A stretch of 64,000 nt of DNA from Octopus vulgaris (taxonomy: Eukaryota), in contig OX597819.1 in assembly GCA_951406725.2 (NCBI GenBank), positions 128,898,001 through 128,962,000 on the forward strand. Reading direction: 5' to 3'. Both the position numbers and the translations under genes were made by a program. This document shows, in pieces, positions 12,356 to 25,581 of this stretch. Each line of letters begins with the position of its first letter. Position 1 is the first letter of the stretch. The notes below the pieces were generated by a model that saw only the letters and a program-made list of their open reading frames with translations, was not told where the DNA came from and made no database searches.

Positions 12356-12984
12356 GTAAGTCAAAATGATTTTCTATCCCTTTTTTTAATACAATATGAT
12401 ATTACTAGCACTGTGTGTAGTCAATGTAATGTAGTCATATTAAAGCAAAAGATTAAAAAAAAACAGACCCGTCACCCACTTGTCAGAGCATTTTTCTCCC
12501 ACCATATGGCACCAAAGTTATCATAATCTCATCGTTTGCTGTCACTAATTTATTTCATTTCATTTATCTTAGGCATTACTTCAAGGAATAAAGCTCCTGT
12601 CTGAGGCGATTTCTGGATTCAGGGCTCCTGTCTAGGTTTACGGACTCCTAGTGAAAACCACTAGAGTATCATGTTGGCGTCCGGCAGGAGATAATTTATG
12701 TATCATGTCTAGATGTGATCTTTACTCTTGGTTGGTAATCACCTAGAGAAGGTGTCTCATTCTAAACACTGATTGGAAGTGAACATGTAATGCAGTGACC
12801 CGTATATTAATGGTAAACTTCATAATTGATTACTCCAGTGTTCAAATGCCTCAGGGAATTAAGTCTGGGAACGAGCTGTTGGATCTGAACTGAGGTTGCA
12901 AAATTAATGAAAATAAAAAAAAAAAACAGCCGTCACTGACATATGAGTAAGATCTAAAAACACGTACCATACTCTTGCTAACTA

Positions 12985-13250
12985 TTATAGATGACGATGT
13001 AGCCGCTGGCAGACAGGGACACCCTCTTGGTCCCACCCACTCCTTGTCCCTGTGAAGCATTGGGGATGTGATCTCAGCAGGTTGGGAGAGCTACTCAAGC
13101 ACTCGGAGCTGGACCTCATTTTTAGTTGAGTAAAGTGGGACAACCCGAAGAGAAGCGCCTTGCTGAAGGACACACAATGCACCGCACGGTCTAGGAATCG
13201 AACACACAGCCTTATGATCGTGATCGCAGCACTGGTACCGGATCACGTGG
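12985..13250 (-). mobile_element. tRNA-derived SINE of a further family (diverged)
   Basis: Minus strand gtgttcgattcctagacc (B-box) followed by tgtgtccttcagcaaggcgctt. Confidence 0.55.
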
Positions 13251-13534
13251 CTTCATACTGAATGATATCATACACTGATACAATATAGCCAATCAGTGAG
13301 AATCCACTTGATCGCTCTGTTAGAATTAGCAGCTAAATCTCTCTCAAACAATACCCCGACACCTTACAGGTGTATAATGTGGTCATATACATCGATCTTG
13401 TAAAGATAAAATGATAGAGGGTTTGTTGTTTCATCGGTAAGATGAAATATTACAGAAACCTGTTTCGAATCCTTCCAAGTGGGTCACTTTTCTATTTATT
13501 TTATCAAACCTTAATGTTTCTAATATTTATGTCT

Positions 13535-13768
13535 AATGGCCTAGTGGTTAGGGCAGCGGACTTGCGTCGGAGGATCGCGGTTTCGATTCCCAGACCGGGC
13601 GTTGTGTGTGTTTATTGAGCGAAAAAAACACCTAAAAGCTCCACGAGGCTCCGGCAGGAGGTGGTGATCCCTGCTGTACTCTTTCACCACTCTAAAGGCG
13701 GTGCTCCAGCATGGCCGCAGTCAAATGACTGAAACAAGTACAAAAAAAAAAATTTAAAAAAATAAAAG
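13535..13768 (+). mobile_element. Chimeric SINE: family C head plus family B tail
   Basis: Head matches 15281 copy up to ctctttcaccac, then taaaggcggtgctccagcatggccgcagtcaaatgactgaaacaag (family B end). Confidence 0.75.
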
Positions 13769-14699
13769 ATTGCCACAACAAGCTTTATACCAGAATGCAA
13801 GACGCGATGGTCACGATTATAATGCATTTGATCCCAAGTCTGCTAGATCTGAGTTCACCTGGGCCTAAACGACAACAATGACAGGTTTAGATGCATCGGT
13901 TTGTATGCGTTCAGACACACGCAGGCACAAAAATGGCAGGATGTTATATATGTAATATATATTTCTTTATTGCCCACAAGGGGCTAAACATAGAGGGGAC
14001 AAACAATTTGAACACTAGGGTCGATGTAATCGACTAGTCCCGCCCCGAAATTGTTGGCCTTGTTCCAGAATGTGAAACCAATATTACCCATCGTGAAATC
14101 AATTTGAATCTGTTAGCTTGATTATGACATTATGTATGCGTAAATAGTTCGGTATTTAGTTACGTTCCTTTACATTCAATGTTAAAACTTACACATCCAC
14201 ATTCGACTTTACCTTTCATCCTTTTGTGGTCGGGAAAATAAGTACTAGTCAAATACTAAGGTCGAATTAATTGACTATAGCTTTCCGTACCCCAATCGCA
14301 CCCCCATAAATTATAAGAGAAAAACTTTGAGGCTTCGTATCTATGCCACAAAATTGATTTATCCCCCATGCTTGGTGACAAGCAGCATAGAGAGGCTTGG
14401 AAACTCTGACATCGAAGGATGCAACATAGTTTCGGTCTCTCATTATAGCTTCTTTATTCATGCCTCTAATATCTTTGAGAAAGGTATGCTTATCCCAACT
14501 TCCATTTCTGTACGCCTTTGGGCCTAGTTCCCCACCCACCAAAAATTCAACGTATCCAGTTGATATGTAATGACTCCAAAATGATTAAATCTACGCCATC
14601 GTTTCACTTTCTAGTTGTATCTCTCTCTTTCTTTGATTTTATTTACATCCTCATATTGTCCTATAGCTTCTTCCTTCTTAGATAAGGTTTTGTGACTGT

Positions 14700-14981
14700 G
14701 GAATTACAACCGTGTTTCGTGGTCTGCTACCACAACAGCTCCCTTATAGGATCCAGTTTAGCTCAAGACATCATCAGGAGGAACCACGTCCGGTTTCGGC
14801 CCCTACTCCTCTACCGTTTTGGCGTGGCAGGGCCCCCTCTTTCGGAGGTGTCTTCAGCTCTGGTGTTGTGTGCATGTCTTCTTTCTTCTTTCTTCTGTTC
14901 CCTGGCCTCTTCGGTGTAGCATCAACGAGTGCCATCGACGCTTGACTGACTTGTCAAATTTTTCCCTTTAAATACCTGCCG
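14700..14981 (-). repeat. Interspersed ~280-bp repeat, copy 1 (inverted relative to 17728-18011)
   Basis: Reverse complement aligns over its full length with 17728-18011. Confidence 0.85.
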
Positions 14982-15160
14982 TATAAGACTCGTGGAGAAG
15001 ACTCAAGCACCATTCTTGATTAGCAAATTTTAGAGCCAGATTTTGATTTCAAAACTGTTACAAAAGTGATGTGGGACACAAGTGAATAGAAAAATGGTTA
15101 AGTATTCTAGCACTACTGAATAAACAAAACAGAGCGGACGACATACCAGGAAGAAACAGT

Positions 15161-15226
<66 letters not shown>

Positions 15227-15280
15227 AGGAGAGGTAGAAAGAAAAAGATAGAGGAGCTTGGTAGTAAAGCATTAAGAGCA

Positions 15281-15665
15281 GTGGAGGCGCAATGGCCCAG
15301 TGGTTAGAGCAGCGGACTCGCGGTCGGAGGATCGCGGTTTCGATTCCCAGACCAGGCGCTGTGTGGGTTTATTGAGCGAAAACACCTAAAGCTCCACGAG
15401 GCTCCGGCAGGGGGTGGTAGCGACCCATGTTGTACTCTTTCGCTCCAACTTCCTCTCACTCTTTCTTCCTGTTTCTTGTCCCCGACTTCCTACGCAACCG
15501 TTGAGTCTGGATGTACATTCATACATCCGTCGATGCTCTTGGTGTCAGGGGTTGACCTGCTTTCTCTTCTGTGGGTCTTACGAATAGAAAAGGACCACGT
15601 TTCGGACTTCTCCCACAACTGGGACGAAGACCGCTTCGCTCAACAAACAAACAAACAAACAAACA
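15281..15665 (+). mobile_element. tRNA-derived SINE family C
   Basis: Full head and tail with (CAAA)n end; matches 4083-4480. Confidence 0.85.
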
Positions 15666-15863
15666 AGCATAAAGAACCATAAGTAGTTCCGTCATCGTCG
15701 TCGTTGTCATTGTTGTTTACTTTCACCCATGTGAACTCTGATTGAGCAGACCCGGGACCAAAGACATTCCAGCTGTGACCATCCCGTTAATATTTTTAAA
15801 GATATTGTATCTAAAACTATATTAACCCAACATGTCATCCTATTTTTTTTTTAAACTGTAGAT

Positions 15864-16223
15864 CAGTGGTTCGCAATTGAGGTCCACATGACCCCTGAAT
15901 GTCCATACAAGATTTTGGGGGCTCATGCACTCCAGGAGTAAAGTTGGGATCCACAATAGCATTTTAAGGGACCCTGAAAATTTTTTTCTTCAAATGTATG
16001 TGTTACAAGAAACAGCTAGGTTTCTTTCTTTAATGTTTACATAGCTCAACATCAATGAGTGTTATTGTAAACCTACACAGGTGAATGGGTGAATAACAAA
16101 ATAAGAATTTTGAAAGAAGTTTCTATGAAACTAGTTTTTAAACATTGAATGGTTTCGGGGGTTCACCAGAATAAAATAGTAATCAAAGGGGTCCATAAAT
16201 AAAAAAATGTTTGAGAATATCTG
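15864..16223. mobile_element. hAT-like MITE (degraded)
   Basis: Termini cagtggttcgcaa / ttgagaatatctg, ggggtcc-type subterminal repeats; TSD not well preserved. Confidence 0.45.
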
Positions 16224-16412
16224 CTGCCGAATATGACCTGAGGAAGATTAGGCTACTATTTTTAGCAGGTAAGTCGCCCTCCAAGTAGAGTTTTTCTTGT
16301 TCGCTCATTATACAACGATGGGGACGAATCTCATAAAAGAATTATTTTCTGAACTTAATAGAGTTTTTTGTTTTTAAATTTAGCTCATTTTATTCTTTAT
16401 TCTTTATTCCAG

Positions 16413-16520
16413 ATAATGTTGAAGGCAGATGGGTGGTAGATAACGCCTGCTCTCAGGCGAGGGCTTTTGTTTGTAAAATTGCAACAGATGTCAAAGTGAA
16501 AGACGTCGCGAAACCCGTGG
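16413..16520 (+). CDS. Lectin exon 4 (CTLD1 C-part plus linker)
   Basis: attccag|AT...GTGG|gtaaat; NVEGRWVVDNACSQARAFVCKIATDVKVKDVAKPV; phase 1 to 1. Confidence 0.9.
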
Positions 16521-16679
16521 GTAAATATTTATTTATGTCTTTGCATGTATAAAGAGTATGCCTGCTTCAGTCCCATCAATTCGACACTTATTTCTCAAGT
16601 GGGCCAAGCCATTTAGCTCTTTTTTAATCGCTTAATAACAGGAAATGTTGATCAGCATTATAAACCTACAAGTTTTTTT

Positions 16680-16879
16680 GCACAAAGCCAGCAATTTTGA
16701 GGGAGGAGTAAGTCGATTACATCGACCCCAATGTCAAACTGGCACTTGTTTCATCGACCCCAAAAGGATGAAAAATAAGGTGAACTTCAGCGGAATTTGA
16801 ACACAAAACGTAAGGATGGACAAAATGCCGCTAAGCATTTTGTCCGGCGTGCTAACAGTTCTGCCGGCTCTCCGTCTTT
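16680..16879 (-). mobile_element. SINE family A, diverged
   Basis: atcgacccc..aaaggatgaaa..gcggaatttgaac..gcgtgctaac..ttctgcc. Confidence 0.7.
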
Positions 16880-17727
16880 CTGTCGTAAAAGCGGACAAAA
16901 TCTACCTTCTGGCGTGCTATATGATTCTGTTAGCTCTCCGCCTTCGTATTGTTTAATAATGATGAATTAGCAAGAATGATAAAACGCAAAACTAAATGAC
17001 TGCAGACTAATGTAGTATATGGTTTTGTTTTCTACTTTGAGACTTCAAATTTCAGCGTCCAAATAAACATTTACAAGTAAGATGATATATTCTTTTCGGT
17101 TGTTAATATTTCTACCAGAGAAAATTATGATCTTCTGCTGGATAAGCACGTTACCTTGCCATACATTGTAGCTTAGCTAGCTAAAAGTCTAGAATTTCAA
17201 TGAAATTCCTGAGATCTGCAGTTCTGAAAATATACTACGACTGAAAAAAGAAAGGACTGAAGGATTATGACGGAAGCATTTTTGATAGGTCAGTACTTCT
17301 AGGGCTGGCCTGATTGTAAAACAACAAAGACAGCATAAAAAGGGAAGGAAGCATTGAATAAATCTAGTCCTGGAAACAAAATGGTGCGGTCACATTTGGG
17401 ACGCTTTAACACTTAAAAAGAGAAAATCATCAATTTGCGTTTCAAAACCTTTACATGGCAACGGCAATCATCAAAAGAGGTGAATATTTTACGGCCCTTT
17501 TTAAATAAATTTGTAAATTTTATCGAGCGTAAGACTAACAATTATAGTTTTTGCACTTATTTAAAGTGAAAATAAGTATAAAAATTACGCTCAAGGGACA
17601 GAGATATTTTTGTTGTTTTTTTTTGCCCTTTTGGCACACACATCCATGTAACCCTTTCCCGCTGTTTAAGGGTAATCATAAAGGTTTCCCAATCACAGCT
17701 GACCTGGGGCTGCCTGCTGGAGCCAAG

Positions 17728-18011
17728 CGGCAGCTATTTAAAGGGGAAAATTTAACAAGTCAGTCAGTCGCCGATGACACTCGCTGACGATACATCGAAG
17801 AGGCCAGGGAACAGAAGAAAGAAGACAGAAGACATGCACCCAACACCAGAGCTGAAGACACCTTCGAAAGGGTGGGGGTGGGGGGCACGTCAAAACGGTA
17901 GAGGAGTAGGGGCCGAAACCGGACGTGGTTCCTCCTGATGATGTCTTGAGCTAACTGGATCCTATAAAGGAGCTGTTGTGGTAGCAGACCACGAAACACG
18001 GTTGTAATTCC
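17728..18011 (+). repeat. Interspersed ~280-bp repeat, copy 2 (Penelope LTR-like)
   Basis: TATTTAAA, then two CTGANGA...CGAAAC motif pairs. Confidence 0.8.
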
Positions 18012-18459
18012 TATGGATCTGTAAGGGTCGTATGGATTCTAGTAGAGAACCACTATTCTAGAGATTAAAACAACAGTGCAGATCAGGTTTGAGAAACTAT
18101 AATCATACTCTACATGTTGAATGATCTACAAACCATGATATAATAATCCTTTCTACAAGAGGCATAAAGCCTGAAATTCTGGGGTAGGGACTAGTCAATC
18201 ACATCTATGGTCAAAGGTATTTCAGACATGGCCATCCCGTCTTTGTTGTAAACATTGTTATCTAAGATTACATTATCCGATGTGTTCATCCAGTTTGAAG
18301 ATGACTGGATACAATTTGAATGAATCTTTTTTAAAATTTCTTTTCAGCGGATCGAGCTATTCTCGTAAGAATTTTATCCCATTGATTCGCGAGGATGACT
18401 GTCGATTTATAGAAACTAAAAAGATGCTCTTTTAATACATTTTTCTTTTTGTTTTGCAG

Positions 18460-18618
18460 AACATTACAGTTGCGCACCTGGATGGTTTGCCATGTCTAAA
18501 TACTGTTACAAATTCTTTTCGGCATCTTTAACTTGGCTTGCAGCCAAGATTGCTTGTCAAAAGCACAATGCTCATCTGATCAAAGTTTCGGGGCGTACAG
18601 CCATGTCAGTTTTAAAAA
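18460..18618 (+). CDS. Lectin exon 5 (CTLD2 N-part)
   Basis: tttgcag|AA...AAAA|gtgagt; HYSCAPGWFAMSKYCYKFFSASLTWLAAKIACQKHNAHLIKVSGRTAMSVLK; phase 1 to 1. Confidence 0.92.
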
Positions 18619-18947
18619 GTGAGTACCAATTATTTATATGTTAAAATATTGATAATTGCAAAGCAGTTTATTTGATTGTGAATTTGCCTTTCTATCAAAA
18701 ATTTACGAACTTCGAGCCTTTACACGGTCGCTGAAATTGTTGATAAAAGGAGTTAAATCTCCTTCACTTTATCACACTTTACAATCTTTAAAATATTACA
18801 TTGGATAATGGAGTCTGTTTTAAATGAAGACAAGATGGTCGTAGCTGAAATGCCTTTGATTATAAGTTTTCTCGATCAAAACTGACTTCGATCTAAACAA
18901 TGCCAGCGACGAATATGCACCTAATGGCATTTTTGTGGTTGTGAAGG

Positions 18948-19232
18948 CAAAGTCGACCTCGGCGGAATTTGAACTCAGAACGTAGCGGCAGACGAAATAC
19001 CTATTTCTTTACTACCAACAAGGGGCTACACAGAGAGGACAAACAAGGACAGACAAACGGATTAAGTCGATTATATCGACCCCAGTGCGTAAGTGGTACT
19101 TATTTAATCGACCCCGAAAGGATGAAAGGCAAAGTCGACCTCGGCGGAATTTGAACTCAGAACGTAGCGGCAGACGAAATACTGCTCAGCATTTCGCCCG
19201 GCGTGCTAACGTTTCTGCCAGCTCGCCGCCTT
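18948..19232 (-). mobile_element. SINE family A: one monomer plus part of a second, with TSD
   Basis: 15-bp TSD ttgtggttgtgaagg at 18933-18947 and 19235-19249. Confidence 0.85.
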
Positions 19233-20289
19233 TCTTGTGGTTGTGAAGGGTTTGAAGATGGCTACGATTTTGCTCACTAAACTGGATATTCTACTGTATT
19301 TCAATGGAAATGTCATAATGCCAGCTGAGAGGCCATGGGATTGCATGCAACGTTTTATATTTGAACAAAGACAGTTAACTCACAAATAACCAGTTTCTCA
19401 CGACTAAACATAGATGTAGGTGGGCTGGAACAACTAACAGCTAGTTATCACCGCACACATCAATGAAACGTTGCAATATTTGTGCCATTCCGAAATTCGT
19501 CTCTATGTCTCGCTGAACCTGATAGAAAAGGTAGCTAAGCCATTTTTGTATCACGCCTTGCTTTCTTAATAAAGGAATGTGTTGGATAACGTGAGACTGA
19601 AAAGAAATATGACGGGGTGGTCGCGCCGAGAATGCCTTTTAATCATAGGTCGATTCGATCAAAACCTAAATAACTGCAATAGCAAAAACAATATTGTGCA
19701 TATGTGAACAACATAGAGTGAAAACTTCATAAACTCGACAGACACTGGAGCTCGTAATTTCCGCTGATTTTCTTTCTGGAAAACAGATCAATAAGGTAAC
19801 CCAAGACATTTTATCACGTAGTTAGGAAGGACGATGGCCGTGAAGCTTTCAGGAACCAAAGACCTGGCTCGAATGCTTGTTACAGAATGGACGTTGCTTA
19901 AGACGTTCAAGAACTAGGTTACCAGATGACTAGGAGGCGGAATTAAACTGATTGACGGATTTTCAATTAGTTTATGTCTACCAGCCAAATAGACCATGGA
20001 GTGATTTGAACTCAAAAGAACCAGAACAAAACCGAGAAGTATCCGATGGGACGCTTAATAATCCCACCAGGCCACTACCCTTGGTGGTACTTTATTTATC
20101 AATCCTGGAATGATGAAATACAAAGTTGGCCTCAGTAGTATTTGAACTCAGAGAGCAAGGAGTCAGAATCAATTTCGCAAAGCATTTTCTCCGTCACTTG
20201 AGAAACTCGCCTATTCGCAGTCTAAAAAAAGTACCATATTTTCTCTTTGAGGTGTTGGTGTTGGTGGGGTTTGACAGCTTGTTGCTGTT

Positions 20290-20549
20290 GTTGAGCGAAG
20301 CGGTCTTCGTCCCATTAGGGGTAGAAGTCCGAAACGTGGTCCTTTGCTATTCGTAAGACCCGCAGAAAAGAAAGCAGGTCAACCCCCCGACACCGAGAGC
20401 ATCGACGGATGGATGAATGCGCATCCAGGCTCAGCGGTTGCGTAGGAAGTCGGGGACAAGAAACAGGAAGAAAGAGTGAGAGAAAGTTGTAGCGAAAGAG
20501 TACAACAGGGGTCGCCACCCCCCACCCTCTGCCGGAGCCTCGTGGAGCT
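20290..20549 (-). mobile_element. SINE family C, 5'-truncated
   Basis: Matches 4093-4371, lacks the tRNA head. Confidence 0.8.
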
Positions 20550-21292
20550 TGTTGCTGTTCCTTCTGTTTGGCAGGTTATTGTTGCCATGACGACTACGTG
20601 TTGGGTTCACAATGAAAGTGGAGCGAGGAAGTAGTGGGGAATGCTTTTTTGGATGCACCGTTCCATCAGGCATCCTCGCCCTCCCTCCAGTTATGACGCC
20701 ACATAACTCACATTTCTTAATCAAATTCCAACTAATTTTGACCATAAAAAATGGTCACTGGTATTCTTGTATTTCTTTTCATGTTCTCACGAAATGCTCT
20801 GATTGATTTTTCTTTCACATACATATGCTGTTGATCCACGTTTAGCTTTTAAAGAAGTGAAAAACAATTTTAAAATTCTTTTCTTGATCTCCCATGAAAT
20901 TAGTTTTTTTATCTAGGAGCCTCTACACGTCCACTCATCCTGCAAGAAATAGCAACCAAATATCCTTCAAATCACTCTCTTCTATTGTCCTTAAAGAGGA
21001 ATACGTTCAACAATGTAATAATTGATTTAAAAAAAAAAAAGGAAATGGAATGCCAGAACCTGAACAATTTGAACAGTTGCCTGCCCTTTTAGGACTAACC
21101 AGGGGCTCATATTTTCAAATCTAATCTAAAAATAATTCAAGAAAAAAATGAAAAAAAGAAACCAGCCAAATGTATATAATAAATTATTTTCATGTTGTTA
21201 GAAATAATACTGAGAAATGTTTCTACGGCGCTGATGTAGATCCTACTTCCGGTTTCTACTGGACTGAAGCTATTTTCAACATAATCTTGTTA

Positions 21293-21700
21293 CGCAGGAG
21301 TGGCTGTGTGGTAAGTAGCTTGTCTACCAATCACACGGTTCCGGGTTCAGTCCCACTGCGTGGCACCTTGGGCAAGTGTCTTCTACTATAGCCTCGGGCC
21401 GACCAAAGCCTTGTGAGTGGATTTGGTAGACGGAAACTGAAAGAAGCCCTTCGTATATATGTATATATATGTATGTGCGTGTATGTTTGTGTGTCTGTGT
21501 TTGTCCCCCTAGCATTGCTTGACAACCGATGCTGGTGTGTTTATGTCCCCGTCACTTAGCGGTTCAGCAAAAGAAACTGATAGAATAAGTACTGGGCTTA
21601 CAAAAGAATAAGTCCCAGTGTCGAGTTGCTCGATTAAAGGCAGTGCACCAGCATGGCCGCAGTCAAAATGACTGAAACAAATAAAAAGAGAAGAGAAAGA
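21293..21700 (+). mobile_element. SINE family B, full length
   Basis: gcaggagtggctgtgtggtaag..gggttcagtccc head; ends about 45 bp before the exon 6 acceptor. Confidence 0.85.
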
Positions 21701-21745
21701 GATTTCCTAATGGAAAAGTAAAGATATATTTTCTTTTATTTTTAG

Positions 21746-21837
21746 TTCCAACGAGATTTCGTAAAAAATATGTATGGATTGGATTAAATGATCGAGCCAA
21801 AGAAGGTAACATGATCTGGGAGAGCGATGGAACTAAG
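21746..21837 (+). CDS. Lectin exon 6 (CTLD2, WIGLND)
   Basis: tttttag|TT...AAG|gtatgt; PTRFRKKYVWIGLNDRAKEGNMIWESDGTK; phase 1 to 0. Confidence 0.92.
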
Positions 21838-22103
21838 GTATGTATATAATAAAAAAAGCTTATTTTTCAATAAATAGATCAGTTGGCAAGGGTCGATCAA
21901 ACGCGGATAGGGATTCAAACTCTGTTCTCAGTTGAAGTAATGCACCCGAGAAAGCATGTCATAGCATTTTTGTCTATTCTAAAAATATACAGTAATTGTA
22001 TCTAGTAAAAAAGAAAAAGAAAAAGAAAGAAGAGAAAACAATTGAGACTGCTATGAAGCTCTATGTTGTCGTGATCAATCATTCAATATCTTGGATAGAG
22101 CAG

Positions 22104-22524
22104 AAGGCGGGGGTGAGCTGGCAGAAACGATAGCACGCCGGGCGAAATGCGTAGCCGTATTTCGTCTGCCGTTACGTTCCGAGTTCAAATTCCGCCGAGG
22201 TCGAATTTGCCTGTCATCCTTTCGGGGTCGATAAATTAAGTACCAGTTACGCACTGGGGTTGATGTAATCGACTTAATACATATGTCTGTCCTTGTTTGT
22301 CCCCTCTATGTTTAGCCCCTTGTGGGTAATAAAGAAATAGGTATTTCGTCTGCCGTTACGTTCTGAGTTCAAATTCCGCCGAGGTCGACTTTGCCTTTCA
22401 ACGTTTCGGGGTCGATTAAATAAGTACCAGTTACGCACTGGGGTCGATATAATCGACTTGATCCGTTTGTCTGTCCTTGTTTGTCCTCTCTGTGTTTAGC
22501 CCCTCGTGGGTAGTAAAGAAATAG
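22104..22524 (+). mobile_element. SINE family A head-to-tail dimer
   Basis: Second unit begins at gtatttcgtctgccgttacg after aaagaaatag. Confidence 0.85.
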
Positions 22525-23165
22525 ATATCCTGTATAAAACTTTACCAATTCGGCCAGTCCACATCCTGAGCAGGTATTTTATTTATCAACCACCAGAAGA
22601 GGAAATGCAAAGTTGACCTTAGCAAGATAGAATACTGCGCGTCGAACAAATGTCCCACGGCACCATCCAACGCTCTGGCGACTCTGGCAATTTGCATTCT
22701 GTGGTATCTAGGATTACATTATCAAATATATCCTCCATAGTTTTAATGTAAAATGGATTTGATTTTAGGGAGAATTGGCTAATAATTCTAAGAAGTCTAC
22801 CCACTACGTGGGGGTTCCATCATCGGCTTAAAACTTTTTTTTTGTTGTTGTTTTTTTTCCGGCTATCAGTTTGTAATCTCTCAATTAGCATTTAGGTAAT
22901 CCTTCAAATGTATTTCTATTCCAAGTTCGTTAGAATCAATTTAAGGAATTCCTTTTCCACTCCACTCTATTTTTTTAAACCATATTTTGACCTTTTCGAT
23001 TCCCATTGGGATTAATTCTTTGCTTATCAAATAACATTGATGGTAAGGAATTATATCATATAACTTTGGTAACCTATATTTTCTTAAATAACGGATTACC
23101 GAAAATGTATGTCAAATATCTGGGATTTTTTAAGGTTATATCTCACAACCATTTCTTGAATGTGT

Positions 23166-23200
<35 letters not shown>

Positions 23201-23380
23201 CGCGCAAACACATACACACACACAAACACATCTAAAAGTTAATAGACTTATCATTTTTTAACATTTATTTCTAGAAACGACATGCCTTGATTAGTTTTTA
23301 ATGATTTCACCCATTTTAGCATCATACTAAAGAGTAGTGTCCACACAGAACTGAGAACAGTATCATGTGAGGTATATGTG

Positions 23381-23475
<95 letters not shown>

Positions 23476-23623
23476 TTAGCAATTAAGGACAACTACTTAA
23501 TAAAGAAAACTTAACAAGAAATTGTCAGGTAGATAGCGTGAAAACCTCATAAGAGAAAAAATTTCGAAAATAATTATTTCTTATTGAACATATTAATTTA
23601 TATAATGCCCTCTATATATAAAT

Positions 23624-23664
<41 letters not shown>

Positions 23665-23993
23665 GCGACTAGAGAAGGGGAATTTTCCTTGTGTTATATG
23701 TTCTGTACTCTATTTTTCGTTGTTTAAGAAAAATGTCCATTTCCTTGGTTTTGTGTTTATGTTTTCGATTCTCATTATGTTCGACTTATTTTTGGTGTCC
23801 TCTATCCATATATGCATGTATATATACATGTAGAGGTAGGTACGTACATGTATGTATGTATAGGTAGATACGTACATTTATGTATGTATGCATATGTTTT
23901 ATTTATTTATTTATTTGTTATTATATGACGGAACGCACGCATCCATTTCTAAGTAAGTTGGTTCTATATATATATATATATATATAGATAGAT

Positions 23994-24029
<36 letters not shown>

Positions 24030-24516
24030 GTCCTGTTATTTTTATTTTTATTGTATGTGTAACATTGTCCGTTTTTTTCCGTCCTTGTTTTTGTATACAT
24101 TCGCTGCATTCTTCAAAGGAATCTAATGCCCTTAGCTTAGTTTTTCCTTGGGGCTGGCCAGATTGGAGCAATCTCAAGTATAATCAGTCGAAATTGTGAA
24201 GATAATCTGGTACTTGACTGAGGAAAGAAAACTTCGAATGACCCGTCTTGTTTTCTTATATCGTCTATCTGGATGTTTTGCGTTCTTGTCCTATTTTGTA
24301 TTTCATATATATATATATATGTAGATATATATACATATATAATTTTGTTTTAGTCATTAGACTGCAGCTATGCTGGGTCACTGACTTGAATTTTTAGTCG
24401 AATGAATCAACTGCATTACTTATTTTTAAAGCCTAGTATTTATTCTATCGTTCCCTTCTGTCGAACCGCTAAAGCTATGGGGGTGCAAACACGCACACAA
24501 ACACACATATACATAT

Positions 24517-24900
24517 ACGTATTCTGATCAATAAGTATCCGGACTGTTGTCATAGTAACAAAGCTAAAGCACGCAGTGTAAAGCCACTTGGCACAAATTA
24601 ACCTTAAACTCTGCTATGTCTGTGCACTAAGATTTAACATTCTAACTCACTTTCACTGTTTATAGCAGTGCTTGGAAGGAAGGTGTGTAGCGTGTGATCG
24701 TCGCATTGACCATGACAGAAAGTTGAGCAGAGAATCTGCATCAAATTTTATCAAAAGCCTGGCGATGCTGGCTAAGAGGTCTTCGCGAAGTTTTCAAAAA
24801 GTTTTCATCGTTCTTGATACAATCAACGAGATCCTGTGAAACTGAAACCCTGCTGCGTTTTTGGTCCCAACAGACAAAATTGAAATGACATTGCCCTAGC
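24517..24900 (+). mobile_element. Mariner-type element remnant (5' end)
   Basis: TIR-like tacgtattctgatcaataagtatccggact; frameshifted N-terminus with VEQRICIKF. Confidence 0.55.
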
Positions 24901-25209
24901 CCTAACAAGTTAACCTGGAAGAAGAAAATATCCTTGCAGTACCATGTTATGAAAAGGTCGTATATAAGCATTTGAATAAAACCAAGAAATATATATATTC
25001 ATAAAATTGACATATTATCATCATCATTATCATCAAAATCTGGTTTATTCATTGAGCCCATTATGACCTTAAATCAGAAGTTCAAAACACATCTGTGTCC
25101 CATATCCTTAGAAAATGTTTGGAAAGAGAACTGAATCGAGATCCACACAATCATATCATTGCAAAAATCAAGCAGATTCAGTTCTTGGGCATAATGCCTT
25201 AATAGTTAA

Positions 25210-25581
25210 ACATATGTACCATCCGAGCGTGATTGTTGCCAGAGCGGTTACCTGGCCTCTGTGCCGGTGGCACGTAAAAGACACCATTCAAGCATGATCG
25301 TTACTAGCATCGCCTTACTGGTACCCGTGCCGGTGGCATGTGTAAAAGATTCGAGTGAAGTCATTGCCAGTACCGCCCGACTGGCCCCATGCCAGTGGCA
25401 CGTAAAAGTACCCACTACACTCTTGGAGTGGTTGGTGTTAGGAAGGGCATCCAGCTGTAGAAACTCTGCCAGATCAAGATTGAAGTCTGGTGCAGCCATC
25501 TGGTTTGCCAGCCCTCAGTCATTTGTCCAACCCATGCTAGCATGGAAAGCAGACGTTAAACGATGATGATGATGATGATGA
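25210..25581 (+). mobile_element. Repeat family D
   Basis: Three gtgccggtggcac units, conserved 3' end and (GAT)n. Confidence 0.8.

Noticed and set aside
15281-15356. tRNA gene
   Set aside because: tRNA-like A/B boxes are the head of a SINE, continuing into a shared body and tail with TSDs; no clean cloverleaf.
24210-24250. Hammerhead-like CTGAGGA-aagaaaacttc-GAAT-gacccgtc
   Set aside because: GAAA is changed to GAAT, no G10.1-C11.1 pair, and stem I does not pair; at most a dead relic.
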